This document shows, piece after piece, positions 1-10,478 of a stretch of 64,000 bases of DNA. The first letter of the stretch is position 1. Every line of letters begins with the position of its first letter. Made by a program: the position numbers and the translations under genes. Under the pieces are notes generated by a model. It did not search any database and was not told the origin of the DNA. It saw nothing but the letters and a program-made list of their open reading frames with translations. The DNA lies in contig JBAZJB010000001.1 of the NCBI GenBank assembly GCA_041651575.1, positions 546,096-610,095 on the forward strand, written 5' to 3'. The stretch comes from Candidatus Nanoarchaeia archaeon. Its GTDB lineage: Archaea; Nanobdellota; Nanobdellia; SCGC-AAA011-G17; JAFCDX01.

Positions 1-765
1 CAATCATTACAAGGAGCCGATATGGTTTTCATTACTTGTGGTTTAGGTGGAGGAACAGGAACTGGAAGTGCGCCTGTTGTTGCTGATATTGCTAAAAAAA
101 TGGGTATTCTTACTGTGGCTATTGTTACTTTACCTTTCTCAATGGAAGGACAAAGAAGATATGAAAATGCTATTATGGGTCTTGAAAAATTAGAAAATAT
201 TGTTGATACTTTAATTGTAATTCCTAACGATAAATTATTAGAATTAGCTCCTGATTTACCATTACAAACTGCATTCAAAGTTGCAGATGAAATCTTAACC
301 AATGCTGTTAAAGGCATTACAGAGCTTGTAACTAAAGCAGGACTAGTTAATCTTGACTTTGCAGATATAAGAACTGTAATGGGTAAAGGAGGAGTTGCAG
401 TAATAGGCTTAGGAGAATCTGATACTGAAAACAGAGCTCTTGAATCTGTAGAAAAAGCATTAAACAATCCTTTATTGGATGTTGAAATTTCTGGTGCAGA
501 AGGTGCTTTAGTAAACATTACTGGAGGACCTGACTTTACATTAGATGAAGCAAGAAAAATAGTTGAAAGTATATCAGAAAAATTAGACGAAGATGCAAGA
601 ATCATATGGGGAGCTCAAATTTCAGAAGATCTTGATAAAACAATAAGAACAATGTTAATAATTACAGGTGTATCAAGTCCTCAAATTTTTGGTCCTAAAA
701 GATCTATCCAAACACGTAAAAAGAAAGAAATAGAAGATGAATTGGGTATAGAATTCTTGGATTAA
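1..765 (+). CDS. ftsZ: Cell division protein FtsZ (5' truncated by window edge)
   Basis: GGGTGTG tubulin signature, PFxxEG, NLDFAD T7 loop; frame open from base 1. Confidence 0.98.
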   Translation, partial: QSLQGADMVFITCGLGGGTGTGSAPVVADIAKKMGILTVAIVTLPFSMEGQRRYENAIMGLEKLENIVDTLIVIPNDKLLELAPDLPLQTAFKVADEILTNAVKGITELVTKAGLVNLDFADIRTVMGKGGVAVIGLGESDTENRALESVEKALNNPLLDVEISGAEGALVNITGGPDFTLDEARKIVESISEKLDEDARIIWGAQISEDLDKTIRTMLIITGVSSPQIFGPKRSIQTRKKKEIEDELGIEFLD

Positions 766-803
766 AACAAAATCTTTTTAAATACTTAAAATGCTTTATT
801 TTT

Positions 804-989
804 ATGAATATTAAAGATCTACTTGTTAAACTAAAAACCTTTATCTTAGAATGTAAAAGGGTTTGGACAATAACAAAAAAACCAGGAAGAGTAGAATATA
901 TGAGTATAGTAAAAGTTACTGGAATCGGAATATTAATAATAGGGTTAATAGGTTTTATTATACACCTAATTTGGCAATTTATACAATAA
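804..989 (+). CDS. secE: Protein translocase SecE/Sec61 gamma
   Basis: RVWxxTKKPxxxEY plus one TM; conserved ftsZ-secE-spt5-rpl11 order. Confidence 0.95.
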   Translation: MNIKDLLVKLKTFILECKRVWTITKKPGRVEYMSIVKVTGIGILIIGLIGFIIHLIWQFIQ

Positions 990-990
990 A

Positions 991-1458
991 ATGGTAATAT
1001 ATATTTTAAAAACAACTGCAAACAGAGAAGATCAAGTAATGGATTTTGTAGAATCTAATATAGAAAAAAAGAATTTGGATGTTTATGCTGTTGTAAGACC
1101 TCATGGTTGGAGAGGATATATTATAATTGAAGCAGCAACAAAACAAGACGCTGAAGAAGCTTTTACAGGTGTTCCATATGCTAAAGGAGTTTTACCAAAA
1201 CCTACAATTTATTCAGAAATAGAAAATGTTCTAGAACAAATTAAAGTACAAGTTAATATTGAAAAAAATGATATTGTTGAAATAATTTCTGGACCTTTTA
1301 AAAGAGAAAAAGCTAAAGTTAAAAAGATTGATGAAGTAAAAGAAGAAGTTATTGTTGAATTATTAGAAGCAACAGTTCCTATCCCAATTACTGTAAAATT
1401 GGATGCCGTTAAAGTTATAAGGAGAGAAGGCGAAGCAGAAGAACCTAAAGAAGACTAA
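991..1458 (+). CDS. spt5: Transcription elongation factor Spt5 (NusG)
   Basis: NGN domain (GYIIIEA) and KOW motif (DIVEIISGPFKxEKAKV). Confidence 0.96.
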   Translation: MVIYILKTTANREDQVMDFVESNIEKKNLDVYAVVRPHGWRGYIIIEAATKQDAEEAFTGVPYAKGVLPKPTIYSEIENVLEQIKVQVNIEKNDIVEIISGPFKREKAKVKKIDEVKEEVIVELLEATVPIPITVKLDAVKVIRREGEAEEPKED

Positions 1459-1459
1459 A

Positions 1460-2152
1460 ATGGCAGATAAAATTAAATTAATGGTTGAAGGCGGAAAAGT
1501 TAGTGCTAATGCAACAATGGCACAAGCACTTGGTCCTAAAGGAATTAATATTCAAGAAGTTCTAAAAAAATTAAATGAAAAAACTGCAGATATGAAAGGA
1601 ATGCAAGTTCCTGTTGAAATTTTAATTAATAAAGATAAAACTTACGATATTACTGTTGGAACACCACCAACTTCAGAATTAATTAAAAAAGAAGCTTCAG
1701 CAGAAAAAGGATCAAGTTTTCCAAGTAAAGAATATGTTGGAAATTTAGCAATGGAGCAAGTAATTAAAATTTCTAATATCAAAAAAGATTCTGTATTAAA
1801 TAAAGATATAAAAGCAGTAATTAATAGTATTCTTGGAACATGTAATCAAATGGGTGTAATGGTAGAAAATGAAAATGCAAAAGATATTATTAAAAAAGTA
1901 AAAAAAGGAGACTTTGATAATTTAATAAAAAACAATAAAACCGATGTTGATTCTGAGAAAAAAGAAATATTAAAAAAAGGTTTAGAAGATATTCAAGCTA
2001 AATTTAAATCAGAAGTTGAATCATTAAAAGCTAAAGCTAAGAAAGAACCTGGTGCAGCAGCTCCAGCAGCAGAAGGAGCAGCCCCTGGTGCAGCAGCTCC
2101 AGCAGCGGCTAAAAAAGAAGAGCCTAAAAAAGAAGCTAAAGCTAAAAAGTAA
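1460..2152 (+). CDS. rpl11: 50S ribosomal protein uL11 with Ala/Pro/Lys-rich C-terminal extension
   Basis: LGPxGINI, GMxVPV, GTPPTS, GTCxxMGV motifs; synteny. Confidence 0.93.
   Translation: MADKIKLMVEGGKVSANATMAQALGPKGINIQEVLKKLNEKTADMKGMQVPVEILINKDKTYDITVGTPPTSELIKKEASAEKGSSFPSKEYVGNLAMEQVIKISNIKKDSVLNKDIKAVINSILGTCNQMGVMVENENAKDIIKKVKKGDFDNLIKNNKTDVDSEKKEILKKGLEDIQAKFKSEVESLKAKAKKEPGAAAPAAEGAAPGAAAPAAAKKEEPKKEAKAKK
2048..2106 (+). repeat. 23-bp direct repeat encoding PGAAAPAA twice
   Basis: cctggtgcagcagctccagcagc at 2048-2070 and 2084-2106. Confidence 0.85.
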
Positions 2153-2205
2153 AGAATTCTATAAAGAGCAATCTTTAAATATTTAGAATAAAGAAATTTT
2201 ATAAT

Positions 2206-2279
2206 GGGGTTATGGTCCAGCTTGGTTATGATTCGAGGTTTGGGACCTCGCGACCCCGGTTCAAATCCGGGTAGCCCCA
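2206..2279 (+). tRNA. tRNA-Pro (TGG)
   Basis: GGGGTTA/TAGCCCC acceptor stem, CGAGG-TT TGG GA-CCTCG anticodon arm, GGTTCAAATCC T-arm. Confidence 0.96.
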
Positions 2280-2318
2280 TTCAATAAAATTTATAAAGAA
2301 GTTGTTTTTAGTTAAAAA

Positions 2319-2537
2319 GTGGTAAAGACAAAAAAAGTTGGATCAACAGGCCGTTTTGGCGCTAGATATGGTAGAGGAATCAAGCAAAGAGTTTTAGATG
2401 TCGAAGTTAGACAAAAAGCAAAAAAAACTTGTCCTTACTGCGGAAAACATGGAAGAGTAAAAAGAATTGCAGTTGGTATTTGGCATTGCAAAAAATGTTT
2501 AAAAAAATTCACAGGAAAAGCTTATACAATTGAATAA
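2319..2537 (+). CDS. rpl37ae: 50S ribosomal protein L37Ae (eL43)
   Basis: GRFGARYG, CPYC...KRIAVGIWHCKKC zinc ribbon. Confidence 0.96.
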   Translation: MVKTKKVGSTGRFGARYGRGIKQRVLDVEVRQKAKKTCPYCGKHGRVKRIAVGIWHCKKCLKKFTGKAYTIE

Positions 2538-2539
2538 AA

Positions 2540-2677
2540 ATGGCAGTCTATAAATGTTTCAAATGTGGAAAACAAGTAAAAGAGGAATACGCAAAAAGGA
2601 AAATAAGATGTCCTTATTGCGATAGCAAAATTTTATATAAACCTAGAACCATAAGTTCGAAGGTTAAAGCAATTTAA
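2540..2677 (+). CDS. rpoP: RNA polymerase subunit P (Rpo12), not in ORF track
   Basis: Manual translation MAVYKCFKCGKQV...IRCPYCDSKILYKPR (45 aa); canonical position after rpl37ae. Confidence 0.93.
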   Translation: MAVYKCFKCGKQVKEEYAKRKIRCPYCDSKILYKPRTISSKVKAI

Positions 2678-2715
2678 ATTTTACGGGAGGGAAGTAATTT
2701 TAAATTAATTATAAA

Positions 2716-3048
2716 ATGGAAAATTCAGATACTGAAAAGAAGATAATGGAATTGCAGATGATGGAGCAAAATATGCAGAATTTTGCAATACAAAAGCAAA
2801 GATTCCAAGCAGCTTTAACAGAAATTGATAATGCTTTAGATGAAATTAAAAAAACTAAAGATTCTCCTTACAAAATTATAGGAAATATTATGATTAATGT
2901 TAAAAAAGAAGATCTAGAAAAAGATTTGAAAGAAAAAAAGAATGTTCTTGAAATAAGATTAAAAAATATAGAAAAACAAGAAGTCAGTATTAAAGAAAAA
3001 TCTAAAGAAGCACAACAAGAAATAATGAAAAAATTAAATAAAAAATGA
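2716..3048 (+). CDS. pfdB: Prefoldin subunit beta
   Basis: Coiled coils flanking YKIIGNIMI hairpin; synteny. Confidence 0.92.
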   Translation: MENSDTEKKIMELQMMEQNMQNFAIQKQRFQAALTEIDNALDEIKKTKDSPYKIIGNIMINVKKEDLEKDLKEKKNVLEIRLKNIEKQEVSIKEKSKEAQQEIMKKLNKK

Positions 3049-3320
3049 CAAAAACAACTACAAACGACAGAGAAAAAATTGAAAATATAGTTTCTTTGTT
3101 AAATCAAATTGAAAAAGAGGATACATTACCTAAAAGTATAAAAATAAAGCTTCAGGAAATTGTTTGTTCTATGAATGATTGTAAAAATCCTAATATAAAT
3201 ATGACGATAGATAAGGCTATTCAAGAGTTAGATGGTGTAGTAGAAGACCCTAATTTACCAAGTTATGCTAAAATGCAGATTTGGAATGTGGTTAGTTTAC
3301 TTGAGAGCAGTAATAAATAA
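3045..3320 (+). CDS. UPF0147 family protein
   Basis: DxTLPKSI and DPNLPSYAKMQIWNVVSLLES motifs. Confidence 0.85.
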   Translation: MTKTTTNDREKIENIVSLLNQIEKEDTLPKSIKIKLQEIVCSMNDCKNPNINMTIDKAIQELDGVVEDPNLPSYAKMQIWNVVSLLESSNK

Positions 3321-3370
3321 CTTTTAGAAATATTTATATATTTGATACTGTAACAATTGGATAGGAGAAA

Positions 3371-3790
3371 ATGGCAAGTTTCATTTCAAAACTAAAAGAG
3401 AGATTCGGAAGTAATTCTGGTTTTCCAAATGATTTCACAGAAGATTATGTTGAGATTGATACAGTTAAATCAGCTAGTGCAAAATCAAAGATAGTTATAA
3501 GACCATTTTTCATTGAAGATTTTCCAGATATTAAACCAGTATTAGACACTTTAAGAGAAGGTTATACTGTTGCTTTAGTTAATATTAGAACATTAAAAGA
3601 TAAAGATTTAGTTGAATTAAAAAGAGCTGTTAGTAAATTAAAGAAAACCTGTGATGCTATTGAAGGAGATATTGCAGGATTTGGAGAAGATTGGATTGTA
3701 GCAACTCCTAACTTCGCTAAAGTTTACAGAGCAGCAGAACCTGCAGAAGATGTAGGTACAGCTCCAAAACCACAACTAGAACCATTCTAA
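3371..3790 (+). CDS. sepF: Cell division protein SepF
   Basis: N-terminal amphipathic helix, LREG..ALVNI, GDIAGxGEDWIVATP. Confidence 0.9.
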   Translation: MASFISKLKERFGSNSGFPNDFTEDYVEIDTVKSASAKSKIVIRPFFIEDFPDIKPVLDTLREGYTVALVNIRTLKDKDLVELKRAVSKLKKTCDAIEGDIAGFGEDWIVATPNFAKVYRAAEPAEDVGTAPKPQLEPF

Positions 3791-3867
3791 ATTCTTGATT
3801 ATATTAGATTAATACATATATTTAGTAGTAAGATAAATTTTATAAATGGTTAAATTCTAAAATAATT

Positions 3868-4392
3868 ATGGAAGAATTAAAAAAACAGGAATGTCCTTTG
3901 TGTAAAACTAAAAATTTAACACTAAGTGAAGAAGAAAAAGAAGTTCCTCATTTTGGAAAAGTATTTTTATTTTCTATGGTTTGTTCTAATTGTAATTATA
4001 AAGTATCCGATGTAGAATCTGCAGATGTTAAAGAACCTATCAAAGTAACATTTACTGTTGAAAATGTAAAAGATCTTAATGTTAAAGTTGTAAAATCAAG
4101 TACTGCGTCTGTTAAATTAGTTGAATTAAGAATGGATATGACTCCAGGTCCTGCTTCAATTGGATTTATTTCTAATATAGAAGGATTAATCACTAAATTC
4201 GAAGAAGTTTTAAAAGCTCAAAAAGAAACTGCAGAAGAAGACGAAGACAAGACAAAAGCAAAAAATTTACTTAAAAAAATCTGGAAAATAAAATGTGGAG
4301 ATATTCCTTTGAAAATAGTAATTGAAGATCCTTCTGGAAATTCTGCCATATTATCTGATAAAGCTAAAGTTGAGAAATTAAAGATTAAATAA
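3868..4392 (+). CDS. ZPR1 zinc-finger protein
   Basis: CPxC...PHFG...CxxC, GFISNIEG, EDPSGNS. Confidence 0.93.
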   Translation: MEELKKQECPLCKTKNLTLSEEEKEVPHFGKVFLFSMVCSNCNYKVSDVESADVKEPIKVTFTVENVKDLNVKVVKSSTASVKLVELRMDMTPGPASIGFISNIEGLITKFEEVLKAQKETAEEDEDKTKAKNLLKKIWKIKCGDIPLKIVIEDPSGNSAILSDKAKVEKLKIK

Positions 4393-4394
4393 AT

Positions 4395-5180
4395 TTATTT
4401 TCTATCGTCATCAAAAAATTCGTAGTAAGACAAAATTGCTATTGCTGTCAATATCATCCAAAAAAATAGTTCTTCAAATGGAAAATTTATCCCAAAAATA
4501 TTTATCCATCCTATAAATTGTTTGCTTGGAAATGCCCATTGCCCCAATTTAAGTGCAGTTATTTCATAAATAAAAGAAAAGTAAAAGAAATAGGCTATTA
4601 TTTTAGAAATTTTAGTATATAAATTTGGACATTTTAAAAAAACTAAAAGTACGGGAAGTAGAACTAAAACAATTCCCATTTTTAAATAGAAATATGAAAC
4701 ATTTAAAATTATTGGATTTATAATTAAAAAGATTAAAAAGAGAAATATAGCTAAACAAGATATTATTATAAGATATTTTAAATTAGGGGAATATAATTTA
4801 TCTTTAAATTTATGTTCTATAAAATATTCATAATACATAACTATAAAATAAGAATATAAAAAACCCCACAAAAATTGTTCTATCACTATGACATTAAATA
4901 ATTTTGGAAATAAAGAGAATGGAACAACCCAGGTTTTTGTTATTTCTGCCATATATTCAACAATTATAGTTACAGGTATTGTAAGAATAATTGAAAATAA
5001 AGCCGCTTTTTTAATTAATTTTTTATCTAAAAAGGAAAATATTAAACAAGGCCCTCCAAAAAAGATTAAGGTTGAAACTAAAAAATTAGCTTTTAATAAA
5101 AAAGATAAAAAACATGCAAAAATAGGATATAATAACAAAATTACCCTAATCTCTTTTTTGTTCATATACAAAAGAGGCAT
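4395..5180 (-). CDS. Polytopic membrane protein with two lycopene-cyclase-domain-like repeats
   Basis: About 8 TMs; repeated W..P...(V/P)xE(Q/E)xxW/F motifs (VIEQFLW, PFEELFFW). Confidence 0.55.
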   Translation of the reverse strand: MPLLYMNKKEIRVILLLYPIFACFLSFLLKANFLVSTLIFFGGPCLIFSFLDKKLIKKAALFSIILTIPVTIIVEYMAEITKTWVVPFSLFPKLFNVIVIEQFLWGFLYSYFIVMYYEYFIEHKFKDKLYSPNLKYLIIISCLAIFLFLIFLIINPIILNVSYFYLKMGIVLVLLPVLLVFLKCPNLYTKISKIIAYFFYFSFIYEITALKLGQWAFPSKQFIGWINIFGINFPFEELFFWMILTAIAILSYYEFFDDDRK

Positions 5181-5247
5181 ATATTATATTTAAGGTTTTT
5201 TATTTATAAATAATTAAATTTAAATATCCTTTCCTTACTAACTAATT

Positions 5248-5850
5248 ATGAAAACATTATTTATTGAAGCAAGATCAAAAGAAAAGATAGATGAAGTTCT
5301 AAAGAAAGTAAATATTCCTGGAAAAGTTGGTTTAATTACTACAATACAATTTCTTGACCAAGTTAAACAAATTAAAAATAAAAATTATATTTTTGCAGGA
5401 CAAGTTCTTGGTTGCAAAGCAGACAATGCAATTAAAATACAAAAAAAAGTTGATTCTTATTTGTATATTGGCTCTGGAAAGTTTCATCCAATTTGGGTTG
5501 CTCTAAAAACAAAAAAACCAGTTTACATTGCTAATCCAAACACAAATGAATTTTCTAAATTAGATGAAAATGAAATCATTGAATATGAAAAAAAATTAAA
5601 AGGAAAATTAAATAAATTTTATGCAGCAAATTCTTATGGGATTTTAGTTTCTGTAAAACCCGGACAATATAATTTAAAAAAAGCTTTGGAATTAAAAAAC
5701 AAACTAAAAAATTCTTATATTTTCATGTTTAATACCTTAAATGAACTAGAATTCGAGAATTTTAATAAAATAGACCTCTGGATTAACGCTGCCTGCCCTA
5801 GAATTGAAGGCAAAAACATTATAAATCTAGAAGATTTACCTAAATTATGA
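5248..5850 (+). CDS. dph2: Diphthamide synthesis protein Dph2 (compact)
   Basis: TTIQF, GQVLGC, GSGxFH, KPGQ, ACPRI motifs. Confidence 0.9.
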   Translation: MKTLFIEARSKEKIDEVLKKVNIPGKVGLITTIQFLDQVKQIKNKNYIFAGQVLGCKADNAIKIQKKVDSYLYIGSGKFHPIWVALKTKKPVYIANPNTNEFSKLDENEIIEYEKKLKGKLNKFYAANSYGILVSVKPGQYNLKKALELKNKLKNSYIFMFNTLNELEFENFNKIDLWINAACPRIEGKNIINLEDLPKL

Positions 5851-7304
5851 TTACAATAGAGGAATTAGCTACATTCTGTAAAAAAAAGGGTTTTGTTTAT
5901 CCTTCTTCTGAAATATATGGAGGATTAGCAGGATTTTGGGATTTTGGTCCTTTAGGTATTGAATTATTTAATAATCTTAAAAAAGAATGGTGGAATTATT
6001 TTGTTTATCAAAAAGATAATATTGTAGGTATTGATGCAAGTATAATATCTAATCCAAAAATATGGAAAGCTTCTGGGCATATTGCAAATTTTTCAGATGT
6101 AGCAGTGGTATGTAAAAAATGTAAGCTTTCTACTAAGATGGATAAAAGCGAAGTTGGAAAAGTAAAATGTCCTTGCGGTGGAGACTATGAAGTAAAAGGA
6201 GAATTTAATTTAATGTTCAAAACAACAGTTGGTGCTTTAAATCCTACAGAAGTTTATTTACGTGGTGAAACTGCCCAAGGAATGTTTACAGATTTTAAAT
6301 TAGTACAACAGACTTCTAGAATGCAGTTACCTTTTGGTATTGCACAAATTGGAAGATGCTTAAGAAATGAAATTGCTCCAAGAGATTTTTTATTTAGAAG
6401 CAGAGAATTCCATATTGGAGAATTTGAATTCTTTATAAATCCTGAAGAGAAAAAATGTGATTTACTTACTAAAACTCATTTAAATTTGAAATTAAAAATT
6501 TTAGATGCAGGAACACAAACTGCTAAAAAAGATACTCTTAAACAAATTACAATTGGAAAAATGCTACAAGAGAAAAAATTAGAAGAGTGGCATGCTTACT
6601 GGTTAGCAGAACAGATTTTATTCTTTAAGTCTATAGGATTAGAAGAAATAAAAGTTAGAGAACATACAAAAGAAGCATTAAGCCATTATTCAAGCGCTAC
6701 TTTTGATATTGATTATGAGTTTTCAATAGGAAGCCAAGAAATTGCAGGTAATGCTAATAGAGGTCAATTTGATTTAACACAACATATGAAAAATAGTGGG
6801 GAAAAAATGGAAATCTTTGATGAAAAATATAAAAATAAAATAATTCCTAAAGTTATTGAACCTACATTTGGTATGGAAAGAGTTTTCTTAGCAATATTAA
6901 CAAAAGCATATAATTATGATAAAAAAAGAGAAAATGTTGTTTTAAAATTACCTGCAAAATTAGCTCCAATAAAAGCAGCAGTATTTCCAATAATAAAAGA
7001 TAAAAAATATGAAAAATTATCTTTAGAAATTGTAAAAGATTTGAAAAAAGAATTTAATGTTGTTTACGATGAGTCTGGTTCTATTGGTAAAAGATATGCA
7101 AGAAATGATGAATCTGGAACACCTTATTGTATCACTATAGATGAAAAATCTCCTTCAAAAAAAGATATTACAATTAGAGATAGAGATTCTACAAAACAAA
7201 TTAGAGTTAAAATAAAAGATTTAAAAGAAACTTTAAAGAAATTAATTAATTCTGAAATTAAATTTGAGAAAGCAGGAAAATTAGTTAGTACGAGAGTAAA
7301 ATAA
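5847..7304 (+). CDS. glyS: Glycine--tRNA ligase (homodimeric type)
   Basis: IYGGLAG, LRGETAQG, RNEIAPR..FRSREF, IEPTFG, SGSIGKRY. Confidence 0.97.
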   Translation: MITIEELATFCKKKGFVYPSSEIYGGLAGFWDFGPLGIELFNNLKKEWWNYFVYQKDNIVGIDASIISNPKIWKASGHIANFSDVAVVCKKCKLSTKMDKSEVGKVKCPCGGDYEVKGEFNLMFKTTVGALNPTEVYLRGETAQGMFTDFKLVQQTSRMQLPFGIAQIGRCLRNEIAPRDFLFRSREFHIGEFEFFINPEEKKCDLLTKTHLNLKLKILDAGTQTAKKDTLKQITIGKMLQEKKLEEWHAYWLAEQILFFKSIGLEEIKVREHTKEALSHYSSATFDIDYEFSIGSQEIAGNANRGQFDLTQHMKNSGEKMEIFDEKYKNKIIPKVIEPTFGMERVFLAILTKAYNYDKKRENVVLKLPAKLAPIKAAVFPIIKDKKYEKLSLEIVKDLKKEFNVVYDESGSIGKRYARNDESGTPYCITIDEKSPSKKDITIRDRDSTKQIRVKIKDLKETLKKLINSEIKFEKAGKLVSTRVK

Positions 7305-7913
7305 TTAAACATTAGGCATACAAACCTTTTCAAATAGTTTTTCAAGCATTTCTACATCTTGTTTGCAGTGTTCATTTATAATATCCCAATTATTTTCATG
7401 ATATAATCTTTCTACATCCTTCCCAAAGAATCTTTTATCAGGAACTTCTATTCCATGCATCCTACATAAAACATCCAAATTAGGATTTATAAAATTTCCA
7501 TTAAAAGAGAAAAATTGTATTGTATCAAAATGATTTGAAGCTTTCATAGAATAAACATTTGTATTAATTTGTGTTTCTCTTGGAATTTGAATTCCATTTG
7601 AATAAGATCTTATTAAAATAAAAGGAATATCAAATTTATATCCGTTATGTGTAACTATTTTGTAAATTGGATGTTTCATGACAAAATCTTTAATAAAATC
7701 CCAGAATTTAGTTAATAATTCTTTTTCATTTTCTCCAGATAATATTTTAGTAGGTTCATTTGTAACTTTCAAGCCAATTGTAATTATTTTAGAATAATTT
7801 GGATCAAGACTTCTCGCTTCTTTAGAAATTTTTTTATCCATCAAATATTCTTTTATATGTTCATTTTCTATCTTAAAAGGTACAGTTTCTATGTCTAAAT
7901 AAAGAAATTTCAT
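7305..7913 (-). CDS. RNase H-like 3'-5' exonuclease (DEDD, PolB-exonuclease-like)
   Basis: LDIETVP, HNGxxFDIPF, HCxxDV motifs. Confidence 0.85.
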   Translation of the reverse strand: MKFLYLDIETVPFKIENEHIKEYLMDKKISKEARSLDPNYSKIITIGLKVTNEPTKILSGENEKELLTKFWDFIKDFVMKHPIYKIVTHNGYKFDIPFILIRSYSNGIQIPRETQINTNVYSMKASNHFDTIQFFSFNGNFINPNLDVLCRMHGIEVPDKRFFGKDVERLYHENNWDIINEHCKQDVEMLEKLFEKVCMPNV

Positions 7914-8000
7914 AGATTATTATACATTTAATAAGTTTATATATATTTATGGTTTAAAGTATATAAAAATCTTTATAAATGCGTATACCACATAGTAAAT

Positions 8001-10478
8001 ATGCATAAAAAGAGGGTTAGAGACAGTTTTTATTATTATACAACCAAAAGGGAAGGTAATAAAACTAAAAGTATCTATCTTGGAAGAAATTTAATAGAAG
8101 CTAAGAAAAAAGAAGCTAAAATTCTTGGTTTTAATTCAAATATACCACATAGAAACGTTTTTTTAATTCCTTTAGTATTAATTTTATTATTTTTTGGATT
8201 TTATTTTATTGGAAGTTATACTGGATTCTTTATTTCTAATGAAAATGAAAGTTTTTTTGTTGAACCTGTAATTGATGAAAATATTATTGTATCTGAATCA
8301 ATTAATTCTACTGAAACAATAGAAGAAACCAATTTAACAGAAATTCCTGTAGAAGAACCTATAACTATTCCAACTGAAGAAAATGTTAATGAGACAAATA
8401 TAACAGAACCAAATGAAGAAATAATTTTAGAAGATAATACCACTTTAGAAACTCAAAAAAATCCTTTAATGGGGGGATTTGATTTAATGGCAACTTCAGT
8501 AACTCAATGTATTCAATTAGATACATCAGGAACAGAATATCAATTAGCCAATAATGTTAATGCTTCCGGAACTTGTTTTAACATTACTGCAGATGATATT
8601 ACTTTAGATTGTCAAGGTTATAAAATTAATTTTTCTGCTAAATCAGTTGGATATGCTATTAATGATTCTTCTGGTTTTAATAATCTTACTGTTAAGAATT
8701 GTAATATGACCACCGGTTCTAATCAAAATCTTGCTTGGGCAATGGTTCTGAAAGGAGCAAATCATACTATTATTAACAATACTATGTTTAGTCAGGGATA
8801 TGGATTAACCGGAGTTAATATGAATAATTCTTATATTATAAATAATACAATTGTAATTTCTGCAACAAGTCGTATTGCTATTTATCTTCAAGCAACAAGT
8901 GAGAATAATACAATTATAGGAAATACTCTAAAAGGTACTGGAGTACAACACTATATGATGTATTCAGCCTTCTCAAAGAATAATATTTTTAAGAAAAATA
9001 CTATAAATGCTTCAAGGTCGTTTGGATTTTATTTTGCGGCAACAGAAAATAGACTACAACAATTTAATCATTCCATAGATGATACTAATTTAGTACAAGG
9101 AAAACCAGTTAATTTTACTTTTAATGTAAGTAATACAGTTTATGATGGAATTAATTATTCAAATTATGGGCAAGTTATTTTTGCTGCATGTCATAATATT
9201 ACATTAAATTATAGTAACTTTACAAACCACAGTTTATATTTATTAAATTCATATAACTGGACAATAGATAATAATAATTTTACAAGCGGAGATGCTTATG
9301 CAAATCTTTATGCTTATCTTTCAAGAGATATTAATATTAGTAACAATTGGTTTAATGGAGGAACTACTGGAGCTTATGAAAATATATATGCAGATACTGG
9401 AGCGAGTTTTAATATAATTAATAATACGCTTAATAAAGCAGTAACTTATAATTTATATTTATATAATACTCCTTACAGCCTAATAAAAAATAATAATGTT
9501 ACTGCAGTTATTGGTGGTGCAATAGGTATGTATAATTATTGGTCTATCGATGATGAATATTCAAACAATTCTATTTATTCTTCTACAGGTGCAGGTTATG
9601 GTATTGTTGGAAGATATGAAAAAGGAACAAGACAGTATAATAATACGATTTTCATGTATGGTAATAATTCTTATGGATATTATCATGCAAGCAGTACAAC
9701 TCAATGGGGGGATAATGTAACTTTAAAAGGAAATAATATACAAATGAGGGGAGTAAATTCTACTGGGGTTGGAATTAGTACAAATCTCAATATTTCTTTA
9801 GAAGATAATATAATTAATGTATCAAGATATGCTTATTCTGCAGGAAGGGATATTAACATTACTACACCAACAACTAATCCTGGAACTCAAGGTACAGTGA
9901 ATGTAACCAATTGTACAAATTCTTATGGAATTTTAAATGTAACTGTTATTGGAGGAAGTAGAAATAATATTACTGTGAATATACATCATTATTTAGATGT
10001 CCTTGTTTATGATACCTCAACAAGTTTATTTGTAAATTTAGCAAATGTTTCAACCTTTAATAGAACAGATACATTATATAAAAATGGAACAACAAATTCT
10101 AACGGAAACATTACATTTACTTTACAAGAATATATGATGAATGGTACTGGAACTTATTATTTTACTAATTATACAATAAATGCTACTTATGGAGAATTTA
10201 TTTCACAAACAGAATCTGTAAATATTACTAATTTTACAACTATTTTATTAAATATAACTTCAATTACGAGTACTTGTACTTATTCTTCTGGTGATTGGAA
10301 TATAAATTGTGCAGATAATTGTGATTTAACTACAAATTACGATTTAAGTGGAAATAATATTTATTTTACTGGTGCTGGAAGTTTCTATCTAAAAGCAAAT
10401 GTAACTAATTTTGGATTATTAAGTTTAAGTAACGATTGTAATATTATTTTATATGACTCTTCTTTAGCCCCTAGCTAA
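8001..10478 (+). CDS. Membrane-anchored right-handed beta-helix (NosD/pectin-lyase-like) surface protein
   Basis: N-terminal TM, ITLDCQG motif, repeated NxTIxNN turns, many N-X-S/T sequons. Confidence 0.75.
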   Translation: MHKKRVRDSFYYYTTKREGNKTKSIYLGRNLIEAKKKEAKILGFNSNIPHRNVFLIPLVLILLFFGFYFIGSYTGFFISNENESFFVEPVIDENIIVSESINSTETIEETNLTEIPVEEPITIPTEENVNETNITEPNEEIILEDNTTLETQKNPLMGGFDLMATSVTQCIQLDTSGTEYQLANNVNASGTCFNITADDITLDCQGYKINFSAKSVGYAINDSSGFNNLTVKNCNMTTGSNQNLAWAMVLKGANHTIINNTMFSQGYGLTGVNMNNSYIINNTIVISATSRIAIYLQATSENNTIIGNTLKGTGVQHYMMYSAFSKNNIFKKNTINASRSFGFYFAATENRLQQFNHSIDDTNLVQGKPVNFTFNVSNTVYDGINYSNYGQVIFAACHNITLNYSNFTNHSLYLLNSYNWTIDNNNFTSGDAYANLYAYLSRDINISNNWFNGGTTGAYENIYADTGASFNIINNTLNKAVTYNLYLYNTPYSLIKNNNVTAVIGGAIGMYNYWSIDDEYSNNSIYSSTGAGYGIVGRYEKGTRQYNNTIFMYGNNSYGYYHASSTTQWGDNVTLKGNNIQMRGVNSTGVGISTNLNISLEDNIINVSRYAYSAGRDINITTPTTNPGTQGTVNVTNCTNSYGILNVTVIGGSRNNITVNIHHYLDVLVYDTSTSLFVNLANVSTFNRTDTLYKNGTTNSNGNITFTLQEYMMNGTGTYYFTNYTINATYGEFISQTESVNITNFTTILLNITSITSTCTYSSGDWNINCADNCDLTTNYDLSGNNIYFTGAGSFYLKANVTNFGLLSLSNDCNIILYDSSLAPS

